A stretch of DNA of 59,031 nucleotides, counting the filler. It is 4 parts of 4 records of this genome, joined end to end, with 100 filler letters (N's around TTAATTAATTAA, not from the genome) between each part and the next. Parts side by side here need not be neighbours in the genome. Positions count along the whole stretch, not along the records: positions 37,554 to 49,520 come from SRR20825019_1127; positions 49,621 to 59,031 come from SRR20825019_1131; 2 more parts are not named here. The stretch is one strand, 5' to 3'. A program made the translations under genes and the position numbers. Under the pieces are notes generated by a model. That model did not search any database and was not told where the DNA came from. It saw only the letters and a list, made by a program, of their open reading frames with translations. Of this stretch, positions 48,002-58,629 are shown piece after piece; the stretch's first letter is position 1, and the number at the start of each line of letters is the position of its first letter.

Positions 48002-48789
48002 CAGAACACACACCCATCGACGCCGCCCACGCGGCCATGACCGCAGCGCCGGATGACGACACCGCCCGCCTGCGGTTCTATGAACGCCTTGCCGCCAGCG
48101 AGCTTTACGTCCTGCTTGAGGGTGTGGCCGACGGCGACAGGATCACCCCGCAACTGTTCGAGGCCGAAGGCACGCAATACGTCCTTGCCTTTGACCGCGA
48201 GGAACGTCTGGCCGGTTTCGCAGGCCCCGCAGCGCCCTATGCCGCCCTCTCGGGGCGCGTCACGGCGGGGCTGCTGGCCGCCAACACCCTCGGTCTTGGC
48301 CTGAACCTCGAAGTCGCGCCGTCCGCGATTCTCTTGCCGCCCGATGCAATGGCATGGCTGGACAACACATTGGGAAATGCGCCGCAGGATGTTGAGGCAA
48401 AGATCGAAAGCCTGACCGCGCCCAGAGGCCTGCCTGACAGCCTGATCGCGGCGATTGACGAAAAGCTGGCCACCGCCACCGGCCTTGCCCGCTATGCCTG
48501 TCTCGTGGGGGTGACCTATGCGGGCGGCGGCACGGGGCACATGTTGGGCTTTGTCGGCGCGGTGCCCCATGCGGAAAGCGCGCTGGCCCAGGTCGCCTCC
48601 GAAGCACTGACCTTTTCGGGGATCGAGGCGGGGGCGATGGATGTGGCCTTCTTCCGTGCGGACGATCCCATGGCCGAACGTCTGGCCCGCACCGGCCTGC
48701 GGTTCGACCTGCCGCAGCCCGAAGACCTGTCCGAACGCACCCGCCCGGCACCCGGTTCGGACCCCGACAAACCGCCGATCCTGAAATAA
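47998..48789 (+). CDS. SseB-family protein
   Basis: RLRFYERLA, AFDREERL, GLGLNLEVAPS, PGSDPDKPPIL; ATGA-coupled to the UDG gene. Confidence 0.7.
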   Translation: MTEHTPIDAAHAAMTAAPDDDTARLRFYERLAASELYVLLEGVADGDRITPQLFEAEGTQYVLAFDREERLAGFAGPAAPYAALSGRVTAGLLAANTLGLGLNLEVAPSAILLPPDAMAWLDNTLGNAPQDVEAKIESLTAPRGLPDSLIAAIDEKLATATGLARYACLVGVTYAGGGTGHMLGFVGAVPHAESALAQVASEALTFSGIEAGAMDVAFFRADDPMAERLARTGLRFDLPQPEDLSERTRPAPGSDPDKPPILK

Positions 48790-48946
48790 TCACGGGCGTT
48801 CCGGCGCGGACCACAGCGTCGGATTGCAACATATCCGGCTTTTGTTCACGAAAACCCAGCCACTGTGTCACATCCCCGTCAGGCGGGATGCTTTGTGCCG
48901 CGTTCTGTGGCTTCCTTTGTACATTCTCCGCGCAAAGGAAAAGCAT

Positions 48947-49468
48947 ATGACCCGTTTCAGCCTTGCCATCATTCTGCTGATCTCCGCCTTGGCCACCTCG
49001 GCCATTGCCGGTCCGCAATATGTCGACCGGACGGGCTATGCCGCCTCGGGCTATGATGTGGTGGCCTATTTCGATCTGGACCAAAGCCCCGTTGGCACCC
49101 AACAACCCGCCGCCGTTCCGGGCCGTGCCGACATCACCGCCGAATACAACGGTGCGACCTTTGCCTTTGCCTCGCAGGCCAACCGCAGCCGTTTCCTGGA
49201 AAACCCTGCGGCCTTTGCGCCGCAATACGACGGACACTGTGCCTATGGCGTGGCGCAGGGCGGCAAGGTTCCGGCCAACCCGAACCTGTGGCGGATCGTG
49301 GACGGCAAGCTTTATCTGAACATCACCCAAGACGTAGTGGGCTTTTGGGAAGAGGACATTCCCGGAAACCTTGCCTCAAGCACCGCCAACTGGGTGGCGC
49401 TCGATGTAAAACCCGCCTCGCGCAGCCGCATCCCCAAATTCAAATCCATCGCACCGGAACAGAACTAG
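48947..49468 (+). CDS. Secreted YHS-domain protein
   Basis: Signal peptide; GYDVVAYF; YNGATFAFASQANRSRFLENP..PQYDGHCAYG; WRIVDGKLYLN. Confidence 0.85.
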   Translation: MTRFSLAIILLISALATSAIAGPQYVDRTGYAASGYDVVAYFDLDQSPVGTQQPAAVPGRADITAEYNGATFAFASQANRSRFLENPAAFAPQYDGHCAYGVAQGGKVPANPNLWRIVDGKLYLNITQDVVGFWEEDIPGNLASSTANWVALDVKPASRSRIPKFKSIAPEQN

Positions 49469-49520
49469 GTTCGCGCTTCATCTTGCCCGGTAAACTCCGG
49501 GGGAGGCGCGCAGCGCCGGG

Positions 49521-49620
49521 NNNNNNNNNNNNNNNNNNNNNNNNNNNNNNNNNNNNNNNNNNNNTTAATTAATTAANNNNNNNNNNNNNNNNNNNNNNNN
49601 NNNNNNNNNNNNNNNNNNNN
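49521..49620. other. Artificial contig spacer
   Basis: N44-TTAATTAATTAA-N44. Confidence 0.98.
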
Positions 49621-50102
49621 TCATTTTCCGACGGGGCAATATTGAAATCGCCGACCAGAATGGCCTTGCGATCCGGGTCGGCAACCCGGCGTTCCGCCCA
49701 CCATGCGGTCATTTCATCAAGGAAGGAAAGCTTGTGGGCAAACTTTTCATTGATTGTCACGTCCGGTTCGTCGCCCCCGGCCGGGATGTAGAAATTGTGC
49801 AGCTCGACCCCGTTTTCAAACGTCACCATACAGTGACGGCGGTCTTCCTTGCCGCAGAAATGCCTGATATCGGTTTTGGCAAACGGCAATCGCGACAGGA
49901 TCGCAACACCGTTATAGCTTTTCATGCCATGGTTATGACGATGAATGTAACCGGCGGCTTCAAATGCCTCGTGGGGGAAATGCTCGTCCGGGCATTTCAG
50001 TTCCTGAAGACACAGCGCATCGGGTTGTTGTTCTTCTAAAAACTTTATGACCTGTTCGATGCGCAATCGAACGGAATTGATATTCCAGCTGACGATTTTC
50101 AA
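49621..50102 (-). CDS. xth: Exodeoxyribonuclease III (5' part; truncated by the contig end)
   Basis: SWNINSVRLR, CLQELK, YNGVAILS, NFYIPAG, GDFNIAP. Confidence 0.93.
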
Positions 50103-50172
50103 AACGGACTCCGTTTCCTGATGAGGTGAGTGGGCCCTGACCCTTTAATCCCTGTATCTTGATATCCTGATG

Positions 50173-50859
50173 CTATTTCAGCGTAACCGACAGTTCCGCA
50201 ACATCGGCAATCACCACATCCATGCGGTCACCGCGCACCACCTGACCGACACCTTCGGGGGTTCCGGTAAACAGCAGATCGCCAGCTTTAAGTTCGATCA
50301 GGGTCGACAGATGCACCAATGCGTCAACCATCGGCCAGATCATTTTGGCGGTGGTATCATCCTGTTTGACCGTGCCATTGACCGACAGTTTCAGGTTGGT
50401 TGCCTGCGGATTGCCTGCATCGGCCTTGGGCCGGATTGCCGAAATCGCGGCACAATCGTCAAAGGACTTTGCCATATCCCACGGCAGGCGACGGTCCTTA
50501 AGGCCGGCCTGCACATCACGGCGGGTCATATCAAGGCCCGCAGCATATCCGAAAATGGCGGCTTCAACTGCCACACGATCAAGGTTCTTGCCCCCCGCAC
50601 CAAGGGCCACAACAAGCTCCCCCTCGTAATGGAGGTCTTCGGTTCCCGACGGATAGGCTAGATCACCGTTGCCAACCTTCAGGCAATCCGTCGGCTTCAT
50701 GAAGATGCAGGGCGGGGTGTCGGCCGGGTCGGAGCCCATTTCGCGCACATGGTCGGCATAGTTCTTGCCAATGCAGAAGATGCGATTGACCGGGAAAAGC
50801 TGATCCGAATTCTGCACCGGAACGGTAACCGGCGTGGCTGCGGGAAAGACGAAACGCAT
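50173..50859 (-). CDS. Fumarylacetoacetate hydrolase family protein
   Basis: IFCIGKNYADHVREMG, HYEGEL, DMTRRD, KSFD, FTGTPEGVG. Confidence 0.93.
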   Translation of the reverse strand: MRFVFPAATPVTVPVQNSDQLFPVNRIFCIGKNYADHVREMGSDPADTPPCIFMKPTDCLKVGNGDLAYPSGTEDLHYEGELVVALGAGGKNLDRVAVEAAIFGYAAGLDMTRRDVQAGLKDRRLPWDMAKSFDDCAAISAIRPKADAGNPQATNLKLSVNGTVKQDDTTAKMIWPMVDALVHLSTLIELKAGDLLFTGTPEGVGQVVRGDRMDVVIADVAELSVTLK

Positions 50860-51100
50860 GGTGGCCCCCTTGAAGGAAATCCTGATGGAAATATTGTCCT
50901 TACTGATACCCAAGCTGCTGATAAATTGAAATGCTTTGAGTACGGATTTAATCCGCCTCCCTGTCAGAAGCTGTCAGGAGGATGCTGCACCATCAAATCA
51001 GGTGCCCTCAAATGGCCGGTTGCTTGACCGGTCACTGATTTAGTGACCTAGTTGGCTGGTGCCTGCCCGTCTGCTCGTTGCTGGTTGCAAAGGTTTCTGC

Positions 51101-53776
51101 ATGTCCGATCATCATATTCAGCCGTTACCGGAAATCCTTGCACATCTGAATGTTTCCCCCGAGATCGGCCTTTCGGAAACGGACGCCACAGAACGCCGGA
51201 AGAAATACGGCAGGAACAGCCTTAAGGACCAGAAGCACGTCTCTTTCTGGAACATCCTGATCCGGCAATTTGCGGGGCTGATTGTCTATATGCTGGCCGG
51301 TGCCGCGGCCCTTTCATTTTATTTCGGCGACCTGACCGAGGGCATTGCCATCGTCGTGGTGCTGATCATCAATGCAGCCATCGGCTTTACATCCGAATTC
51401 AGGGCCATCCGTTCGATGGAGGCATTGCGAAAGCTTTCAAGTGTTCACGCCAAGGTAAGGCGGGATGGGCAAATCCACGTGCTGGAGGCCCGCGACATCG
51501 TACCGGGCGATATTGTTGTCTTTGAAGCGGGCGACGTTATTCCGGCTGATATCCGTTTGATAGAATGCAGCAACCTGCAGGCAGATGAATCTGCTTTGAC
51601 AGGGGAGTCCGTTCCGACGGACAAAACCATCAACCTGCCCGATGATGCCACAACCGATGAAAACCTGCCGCTTGGGGATCGCACGAATATGGTGTTCAAG
51701 GGCACAGCCATCAGCCGCGGAGATGGATCGGGTGTCTGTGTTGCCACCGGAATGACAACCGAACTTGGTCATATCGCGGCGATGACCGAAATGGCAGAAG
51801 CCGAAACATCACCGCTTGAAAAACGTCTTGATACGCTGGCTGGTCATCTTATCTGGGCCACTTTGGGACTGACCATATGCATCGCCATTGTCGGCATTTA
51901 TGTCGGCAAAGACATGGTGATGATGCTCAAGACCGGTATCGCACTTGCGATTGCCGCCGTCCCAGAAGGATTGCCGATTGTTGCAACGGTTGCCCTTGCC
52001 CGCGGGATGTGGCGGATGGCGAAACGCAATGCCCTGATCAAGAACCTGTCAGCCGTTGAAACGCTGGGTGCGACCACGGTTATCATGACCGATAAAACCG
52101 GAACGCTGACCGAAAACCGGATGACGGTCGTGGCCCTCAGGACCTCGGAAAACGAGGTTGATTTTACGTCATCTCCTGACGCATTGCTGGCAGCAAACAG
52201 CCCCGAAGAACTGGCCATACGGATTGCCGTTTTGTGCAACGATGCAATTCTGCTGCCATCCGGCAGCACGGAAAAGCATATTGGCGACCCGATGGAACTG
52301 GCCCTGCTTGAAGTCGCCCGGAACGCAGGCATTGATCAGACAGAACAACAAGCCAGATACCCCGAAATCGCCAAGGAAGCTTTCAGCGCGCAGACCCGCA
52401 TGATGGCAACCTTTCATCGCGATCAAAACACACCCGATAACCTGTTTGTTGCGATCAAGGGCGCACCCGAAGCCGTCATAAAAAACAGCACCGGCTTCCT
52501 TGAAAATCATGGCCCGCGTGAAATGGACGAAAAAGCCCGGTGGCGCTGGTCGGATTTAAGCAATGACATGACGCAAAAGGGCTTGCGCGTTCTTGCCCTT
52601 GCGATGAAAAATGCCCCTGCGGTCGATACGCCCCCCTATCAGGATCTGATCCTGATAGGCCTGATCGCCCTTCTTGATCCCCCGCGAGAAGATGTGCCTG
52701 CCGCAATACAGGCCTGTCATGCGGCGGGGGTTCGGGTCATCATGGTAACGGGCGATCATATCGGCACCGCCAGAAATATTGCGGCGCAAGTCGGACTTTG
52801 CGATGCAACGGCATCGGGACTTGAAGGCAGGATGCTTCAGGCAACCGACCTGACACAGAAAACAGAACGTGACCGCATTCTTGCCACCCCCGTTTTTGCA
52901 AGGGTCAGCCCCGAAGCAAAATTAAATCTGGTTTCCCTTCACCAGCAGGCAGGTGCCATTGTTGCCATGACCGGCGATGGCGTTAACGATGCCCCCGCGC
53001 TTAAAAAGGCCGATATCGGCATCGCCATGGGCAAAAGAGGCACAGACGTCGCCCGCGAAGCCGCAGACATGGTTCTGCGTGACGATGCCTTCCCGTCAAT
53101 CGTAACCGCGATGCATCAGGGACGGGTTATTTTTGCCAATATACGCACCTTTGTGCTGTATCTGATGTCATGCAATCTCAGCGAGATACTCGTGATCGGC
53201 CTTGCCGTGCCAAGCGGGCTTCCCTTACCGCTTCTGCCGTTGCAGATTTTGTATCTTAACCTTGTAACGGACGTGTTTCCGGCTTTCGCACTTGGTATTG
53301 GCGAAGGAGACCGGCATGTGATGAACCAGCCCCCGCGCGATCCCAAAACACCGGTTCTGACCAAACAGGATTGGGGCGGCATTCTTTTTTACGGCGCATT
53401 GATTACGGTCGGAGTACTTGGTGCTTTTGCCATGGCACTGCATGTTTTCAACCTTGGGGATCAGGAAGCTTTGTCGGTATCGTTCCTGACGCTTGCAACC
53501 GCACAGTTGCTGCATGTTTTCAACATGCGTGCCCGATCTTCCGGCTGGATTTTCAACGATGTTACCCGCAACCCTTTCATCTGGATTGCCTTGGGAATTT
53601 GCGTGCTCCTGATCGGATTGACGCTTTATGTTCCCGAATTGTCCCGGCTGCTCATGATTGCACCGCCCAGCGGCACGGGATGGCTTCTGGTTATCGGGGG
53701 AAGTCTGGTACCGCTGGTTATCGGGCAGGCCGCGAAAATATTCACCAAACCGGCAAAGCAGCCTGTGTCGTCTTAA
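51101..53776 (+). CDS. Cation-transporting P-type ATPase (P2A, Ca2+-ATPase-like)
   Basis: LTGES, AVPEGL, DKTGTLT, GDPME, KGAPE, MTGDGVNDAPALKKADIG, NLVTD. Confidence 0.95.
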   Translation: MSDHHIQPLPEILAHLNVSPEIGLSETDATERRKKYGRNSLKDQKHVSFWNILIRQFAGLIVYMLAGAAALSFYFGDLTEGIAIVVVLIINAAIGFTSEFRAIRSMEALRKLSSVHAKVRRDGQIHVLEARDIVPGDIVVFEAGDVIPADIRLIECSNLQADESALTGESVPTDKTINLPDDATTDENLPLGDRTNMVFKGTAISRGDGSGVCVATGMTTELGHIAAMTEMAEAETSPLEKRLDTLAGHLIWATLGLTICIAIVGIYVGKDMVMMLKTGIALAIAAVPEGLPIVATVALARGMWRMAKRNALIKNLSAVETLGATTVIMTDKTGTLTENRMTVVALRTSENEVDFTSSPDALLAANSPEELAIRIAVLCNDAILLPSGSTEKHIGDPMELALLEVARNAGIDQTEQQARYPEIAKEAFSAQTRMMATFHRDQNTPDNLFVAIKGAPEAVIKNSTGFLENHGPREMDEKARWRWSDLSNDMTQKGLRVLALAMKNAPAVDTPPYQDLILIGLIALLDPPREDVPAAIQACHAAGVRVIMVTGDHIGTARNIAAQVGLCDATASGLEGRMLQATDLTQKTERDRILATPVFARVSPEAKLNLVSLHQQAGAIVAMTGDGVNDAPALKKADIGIAMGKRGTDVAREAADMVLRDDAFPSIVTAMHQGRVIFANIRTFVLYLMSCNLSEILVIGLAVPSGLPLPLLPLQILYLNLVTDVFPAFALGIGEGDRHVMNQPPRDPKTPVLTKQDWGGILFYGALITVGVLGAFAMALHVFNLGDQEALSVSFLTLATAQLLHVFNMRARSSGWIFNDVTRNPFIWIALGICVLLIGLTLYVPELSRLLMIAPPSGTGWLLVIGGSLVPLVIGQAAKIFTKPAKQPVSS

Positions 53777-53873
53777 GGCCAATCACCCTACGAAACGCAA
53801 TGTGCCGGATAACAGTACCCGGCACATCAATTCCCCTACAGGTATCGCCAAAGGATATATATATATCAGGTCC

Positions 53874-54860
53874 TTACAGAAGCCCTTCAATCACCCGATC
53901 CGGCGGTGTGTGACCATCGACAAAGGTCTTGATATTGATCAGCACCTTTTCGCCCATATCGACACGCCCTTCGATGGTCGCCGACCCCATATGCGGCAAC
54001 AGAACGGCGTTCTGCAATTCAAGCAGTTTCGGGTTCACGGCCGGTTCATGTTCGAACACATCAAGCCCGGCCCCGGCAATTTCACGATCGGCCAGCATCC
54101 GGGTCAATGCCGGTTCATCGACAATCTCGCCACGGGCCGTATTGACCAGAATGGCGTGCGGCTGCATCAGTTTAAGGCGACGGGCCGACAGCAAATGATA
54201 GGTTGCCGGTGTATGCGGGCAGTTGACTGACACAACATCAACATGGGCCAACATCTGATCCAGGCTTTCCCACCAGGTCGCATCCAGTTCCGCCTCGGTA
54301 TCGGGATGAACACGGCGGCGGTTATGATAATGCACCGAAAGACCAAAACCCTTTGCCCGGCGGGCCAAGGCCCGGCCAATGCGCCCCATGCCGACAATGC
54401 CAAGCCGCTTGCCCCAGATGCGATGCCCCAGCATCGATGTCGGTGCCCAGCCCGTCCATTCGCCGCTGCGGATCATGCGTTCGCCTTCGGCAACACGGCG
54501 CGATACTGCAAGGATCAGCGCCATTGTCATATCGGCGGTATCCTCGGTCAGGACATCGGGGGTGTTGGTGACGGTGATACCGCGTGACCGTGCGGTTTGC
54601 AGATCGACATGGTCGACACCCGTCCCGAAATTGGCAATCAGGCGCAAATTCGGCCCCGCATGGGCAAGAACGGCGGAATCGATTCTGTCCGTCACCGTCG
54701 GGACAAGAACATCGGCCTGTTTGACCGCCTCGATCAACTCGGCCTTGGACATCGGGACATCGTCGATGTTCAGACGTGCATCAAACAGCTCCATCATGCG
54801 GGTTTCAATCGCTTCCGGCAGTTTGCGGGTCACGATGACGAGGGGTTTTTTCTTGGTCAT
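53874..54860 (-). CDS. gyaR: D-2-hydroxyacid dehydrogenase (glyoxylate reductase/D-glycerate dehydrogenase)
   Basis: NFGTGVD, NTPDVLT, GMGRIG, NTARG, DVFEHEP, PHMGSAT. Confidence 0.92.
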   Translation of the reverse strand: MTKKKPLVIVTRKLPEAIETRMMELFDARLNIDDVPMSKAELIEAVKQADVLVPTVTDRIDSAVLAHAGPNLRLIANFGTGVDHVDLQTARSRGITVTNTPDVLTEDTADMTMALILAVSRRVAEGERMIRSGEWTGWAPTSMLGHRIWGKRLGIVGMGRIGRALARRAKGFGLSVHYHNRRRVHPDTEAELDATWWESLDQMLAHVDVVSVNCPHTPATYHLLSARRLKLMQPHAILVNTARGEIVDEPALTRMLADREIAGAGLDVFEHEPAVNPKLLELQNAVLLPHMGSATIEGRVDMGEKVLINIKTFVDGHTPPDRVIEGLL

Positions 54861-55074
54861 CTGCCGTTCCTATGCGGTCTTTTAACTCTTTTGCTGACAA
54901 GATGGGTTTCTTGCGCCAAATGCGCTCTTGCCGCAATGCAGTGATGCCACGTCACAGGGTATTAAAGCAAGAATTTTGACGTCATTTTTGTAATTTTATT
55001 TCTTAAAGAGCAAGGTTCGCCGGTTCCGAAATTCTATTCCGGCAGCAGAAGAAAGAGCAGGGAAAACCGTCACA

Positions 55075-55587
55075 ATGCCGCGGATCATCCGTAAATTCCT
55101 TCATACTTTTGTCGCCATGGCGATCCTTGGCAGCATTGGCGCACCGATTGTCGCCAGCGCGCAGGAATCAGGCCTGCCGATCCCGCGCTTTGTTGCATTG
55201 CGGTCAGACAAGGTTCACCTGCGATCCGGGCCCGGCCTGCGTTACCCAAAGGTCTGGATCTATCAGCGCCGCAACATGCCGATGGAAGTCATTTCGGAAT
55301 TTGATACCTGGCGCAAGGTTCGCGACTGGGAAGGCAGCGAAGGATGGGTGCATCAAAGTCTTTTGCTGGGATCACGTCATGTGATTGTTACCGCCGATAC
55401 CATCACGCTTTATTCCGCCGCCGATGAAAATGCCCGCAAGATCGCCCTTGTTTCCAATTCGGTGATTGGCAAAATCGAAACCTGCCCGCGTTCGGTTGAC
55501 TGGTGTCAGTTGCAGTTTGGCGATTTCGAAGGATGGGCCCCGCGTCAGGGCTATTGGGGCATTTATGATGGGGAATATATCGAATAG
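55075..55587 (+). CDS. Secreted SH3-domain protein (SH3_4 repeats)
   Basis: Signal peptide; SGLPIPRFVAL..LRSGPG..WRKVRDWEGSEGWVHQSLL; divergent from gyaR. Confidence 0.88.
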   Translation: MPRIIRKFLHTFVAMAILGSIGAPIVASAQESGLPIPRFVALRSDKVHLRSGPGLRYPKVWIYQRRNMPMEVISEFDTWRKVRDWEGSEGWVHQSLLLGSRHVIVTADTITLYSAADENARKIALVSNSVIGKIETCPRSVDWCQLQFGDFEGWAPRQGYWGIYDGEYIE

Positions 55588-55612
55588 GCTTTCCGACCAG
55601 TGCCTAAATCAT

Positions 55613-56680
55613 TCAGGCTTCTATCGATACGCGGGGCGCGCTGGATTGACCAGCCCCGCCACCACCTGACAAGGTGCCGCCAATACCCGTCCCACCACCG
55701 TTGCTGTCATAGCCGCCAAACGTGTTGGACGGGACCGGATCGGTGGTATTTCTTCCTGTTGTCGGCGCGAAGTATTGCCCATCATCACGCCCCAATGGAT
55801 CCGCGTTCGGATCATAGGCAAACGGATCATCACGCTCGGTAACCGGCTCAGGTCCTGGTTGCGGTTCTGGCAGACTGATGCCACCAATCGTCACGGTCTG
55901 ATCCTGCAAACGTGCCGATATTTCGCCAAGATAGCCCTGAAAAGCTTCTATGATTCCGCGCCGCACCTGATCGGCGTCGCCAGGTTCGGCCGCGGCAAGT
56001 TGCGCCTGAAGGATGTTGTTACCTGCAACCTCGGAAACCCGGCTGCGATCAGCCGCCCCGGCAATGCTTTCGCGGTCTGCCTGTAGGGATATTTCCCGGT
56101 TTGAAAGCGCTTCCTGCGCAGCATCAACACGGTCACGCGCGTTGGAAACCCCGGCATCATCGGAAATGTCGATGGCGGATAGCCCGGTTGCCAATCCTTC
56201 GGTCCCGGATGCATACAGTTCAACATTCAGACGGTTGCCTGATGACGTCCCCGATCCGATCTGCAATTCAATTGTCTGATCACTGTCCAGCAGGTTTTTG
56301 CCATCATAATTGCTGCTGGTGGCGATTTCGTCGATCTGATCAAGATAGTCCTGAATTTGCGCTGTGATGAACCCACGTTCGACGCGTGACAGTGATGGGT
56401 TGTTTTCAACGCTGCTGACCAGTGTATCGACTTCGTCCAAAGCAGAGCCGATCCGCGAAAGATCATCGGCGGCAACTTTAAGAAAATCATCCGCACGACC
56501 AAGCGAGCCCCGCAGGCTCCGGGATGCAGCACTGCTATTGCGAAGGGCATCGTTACTAAGGCTGGTGTTCGGGGAATTGCTGCTTTGGATGCTCTCGACG
56601 GACGCAAGCAGGCGGTTCTGCGGCGCGATGGCGCGCGCAGTGTCAGTATAGACCGGATAAGGACTACCAACTGCCTGCAA
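55613..56680 (-). CDS. Divergent flagellin-like protein with Pro/Gly-rich C-terminal tail
   Basis: D1-like segment ADDFLKVAADDLSRI..ERGFITAQIQDYLDQIDEIATSSNYDGKNLLD..LQIGS; IDISD..ARDRVDAAQEALSNREISLQA; canonical D0 termini absent. Confidence 0.7.
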   Translation of the reverse strand: MQAVGSPYPVYTDTARAIAPQNRLLASVESIQSSNSPNTSLSNDALRNSSAASRSLRGSLGRADDFLKVAADDLSRIGSALDEVDTLVSSVENNPSLSRVERGFITAQIQDYLDQIDEIATSSNYDGKNLLDSDQTIELQIGSGTSSGNRLNVELYASGTEGLATGLSAIDISDDAGVSNARDRVDAAQEALSNREISLQADRESIAGAADRSRVSEVAGNNILQAQLAAAEPGDADQVRRGIIEAFQGYLGEISARLQDQTVTIGGISLPEPQPGPEPVTERDDPFAYDPNADPLGRDDGQYFAPTTGRNTTDPVPSNTFGGYDSNGGGTGIGGTLSGGGGAGQSSAPRVSIEA

Positions 56681-56852
56681 TGTCGTTTCCGCACAAACAA
56701 GCCGGTTATGCAGCTACATGCTACGCCCCGGTCCGAATCACATTGATCCGAAGCCGGGCAGCCCATCCTGAAAGCCCGGCGGAAAAACCAGACATAAGTA
56801 TAGTATATTTGGAACGAAATATTAAGCCAAAACAAACAACTGGCGCGTTCAA

Positions 56853-58247
56853 TCAGGCCGATGTTTTGTTTCGATGCAGGATTGCGAACATCTCAAGATG
56901 CGATGACCACAGGAACTGATCGACCGGAACAACCCGCGTCAGTTCATACCCACCATTGCGCAACACCCTGATATCGCGGGAAAATGTCGCCGGATTGCAC
57001 GACACCGCGATCACCCATTCAGGCCCGTCAATCGCAAGGTTTTCACACTGCGCCAATGCACCGGCACGTGGGGGATCAAACAGGACAAGATCAAGTCCGG
57101 ACAAGTCGGCCTTATCAAGGGGGCGGCGAAATAGATCGCGTTCGACAACCTTGATCGGACTCGACGATTGTCCGACGGCATATTGCAGGCTGCGCACGGC
57201 ACGCGGATCGCTTTCCACCGCGACGACATTGCGGCGATCCCCCCCCAATGCAAGCGCAAAGGTAAAGCTGCCAATCCCGCAAAACAGATCCGCCACATGG
57301 CGGGCCGGGATACGTTGCAACGCCACCTTGATCGCATTGGTCAGGGATGCCTCGCCATTCCGGGTCGCCTGCAGGAAGCCCCCCGGCGGCACGGGCACAT
57401 CGATGCCTTCGAAGGCAACGGTTGGGGTACGGCGCGCTGCCACCGGTTCATCATTGGCGTCACCGACCTTCCAGCTTAGCCTTGCCAGATCAAGATTTTC
57501 GGCAAATTCGGCCAGATCCTGCCGCATATCGAGCCCCGGTTCGACACCTGCATGTATCACCACATCAAGGCCGTTATCCGCACGGGTCACAAACACTTCC
57601 TTGACGGTCTTTGCGGCATCCGGATCACATTTGCCAAGAAAGGCCGCAAAGGCATCACGGAACGCCATCAGGTCCGGATGCAGAACGGCACAGTCGGTAA
57701 TGTCGATGACCGTATGGCTGAACCGGCCATGGAAACCGACATGCACACCGGTTGCCCCCACATGAACCGCAAAACCGGCCCGGCGACGGCTTGCCGGTGG
57801 TGAAATTTCGACATCTCCCACCAGTTCCTCGGCCTCGTCGGGATCAAGTCCGGCACGCTGGACCGCGGTTAATGCCTTCTGGCGTTTCCAGTTGCGATAG
57901 CTGTCATCATCAAGATGCTGAAGCGCACATCCGCCGCAGCTTTCATAATGGCTGCACCGCGGGGCACTGGCAGGCGCACTGCGCGCAATCAGTTCGACCA
58001 GTTCCGCACCATATCCATCGCCGCGTTTTTGCCGCAGGGCCACACGCACGTCATCACCGGGCAGGACACAATCGACATAGGCAATGATGCTGGAACCATC
58101 CGGCCCCGTGATGCTTGCAATGCCGTCGCCCCGCGCGCCGATTTCGCGGATTGTCGTTGTCGCCTCGAACCCGATCAACGGATCGCGGCGCGGCGCGGAT
58201 TTACGACGCCCACCGCGGGCACGGGGATTGCGGTGATGATGTTTCAT
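56853..58247 (-). CDS. Class I SAM-dependent RNA m5U methyltransferase (RlmD/TrmA family)
   Basis: TRAM-like N-terminus, CSHYESCGGCALQH, FLQA, DLFCGIGSF, FDPPRAGA, VSCNPATFSRD, DQFLWSSHLE. Confidence 0.92.
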   Translation of the reverse strand: MKHHHRNPRARGGRRKSAPRRDPLIGFEATTTIREIGARGDGIASITGPDGSSIIAYVDCVLPGDDVRVALRQKRGDGYGAELVELIARSAPASAPRCSHYESCGGCALQHLDDDSYRNWKRQKALTAVQRAGLDPDEAEELVGDVEISPPASRRRAGFAVHVGATGVHVGFHGRFSHTVIDITDCAVLHPDLMAFRDAFAAFLGKCDPDAAKTVKEVFVTRADNGLDVVIHAGVEPGLDMRQDLAEFAENLDLARLSWKVGDANDEPVAARRTPTVAFEGIDVPVPPGGFLQATRNGEASLTNAIKVALQRIPARHVADLFCGIGSFTFALALGGDRRNVVAVESDPRAVRSLQYAVGQSSSPIKVVERDLFRRPLDKADLSGLDLVLFDPPRAGALAQCENLAIDGPEWVIAVSCNPATFSRDIRVLRNGGYELTRVVPVDQFLWSSHLEMFAILHRNKTSA

Positions 58248-58629
58248 GAACTCTCTCTTTGATCCGGCTTCTGCTGCACCTTGCGGGATGGCGCATCGGC
58301 ATCGACATACACCAGATATGCAATCACGAACAGACCCGCACAATGCATGGCTGCCTGACAGCCCCAAATCCGCCTTTCCCAGCATCACAAGTGATCATCG
58401 GGTCAGTTGAATTTAGCCTTTATTCACTTTTGCACACGCTCAAACCCTTAAAATCGTGTAAGAATGCCCACATAAACAGCGTAGTGGATTAAATTTCGGG
58501 GCCACAAAGCGCTGGCACGCTATTTTCGACAATTGCACGAACACCATCCCGGCAATGCAATCTGTCTCATCAGGCTGAGGCGCAGAATAAAATCACGATT
58601 AATCAATGATCGTGAGACTTGGGGAAGAC

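Noticed and set aside
48947-49468. YHS protein as a selenoprotein
   Set aside because: The relevant position is TGT (Cys); there is no in-frame TGA
50940-51100. yybP-ykoY riboswitch upstream of the P-type ATPase
   Set aside because: Small hairpins are present but I cannot find the conserved motif; an Infernal/Rfam scan would settle it
58513-58528. Sigma54 promoter before the CHASE sensor (TGGCAC-N5-TTTC), and a similar one upstream of the flagellin-like gene
   Set aside because: The invariant -12 GC is missing in both
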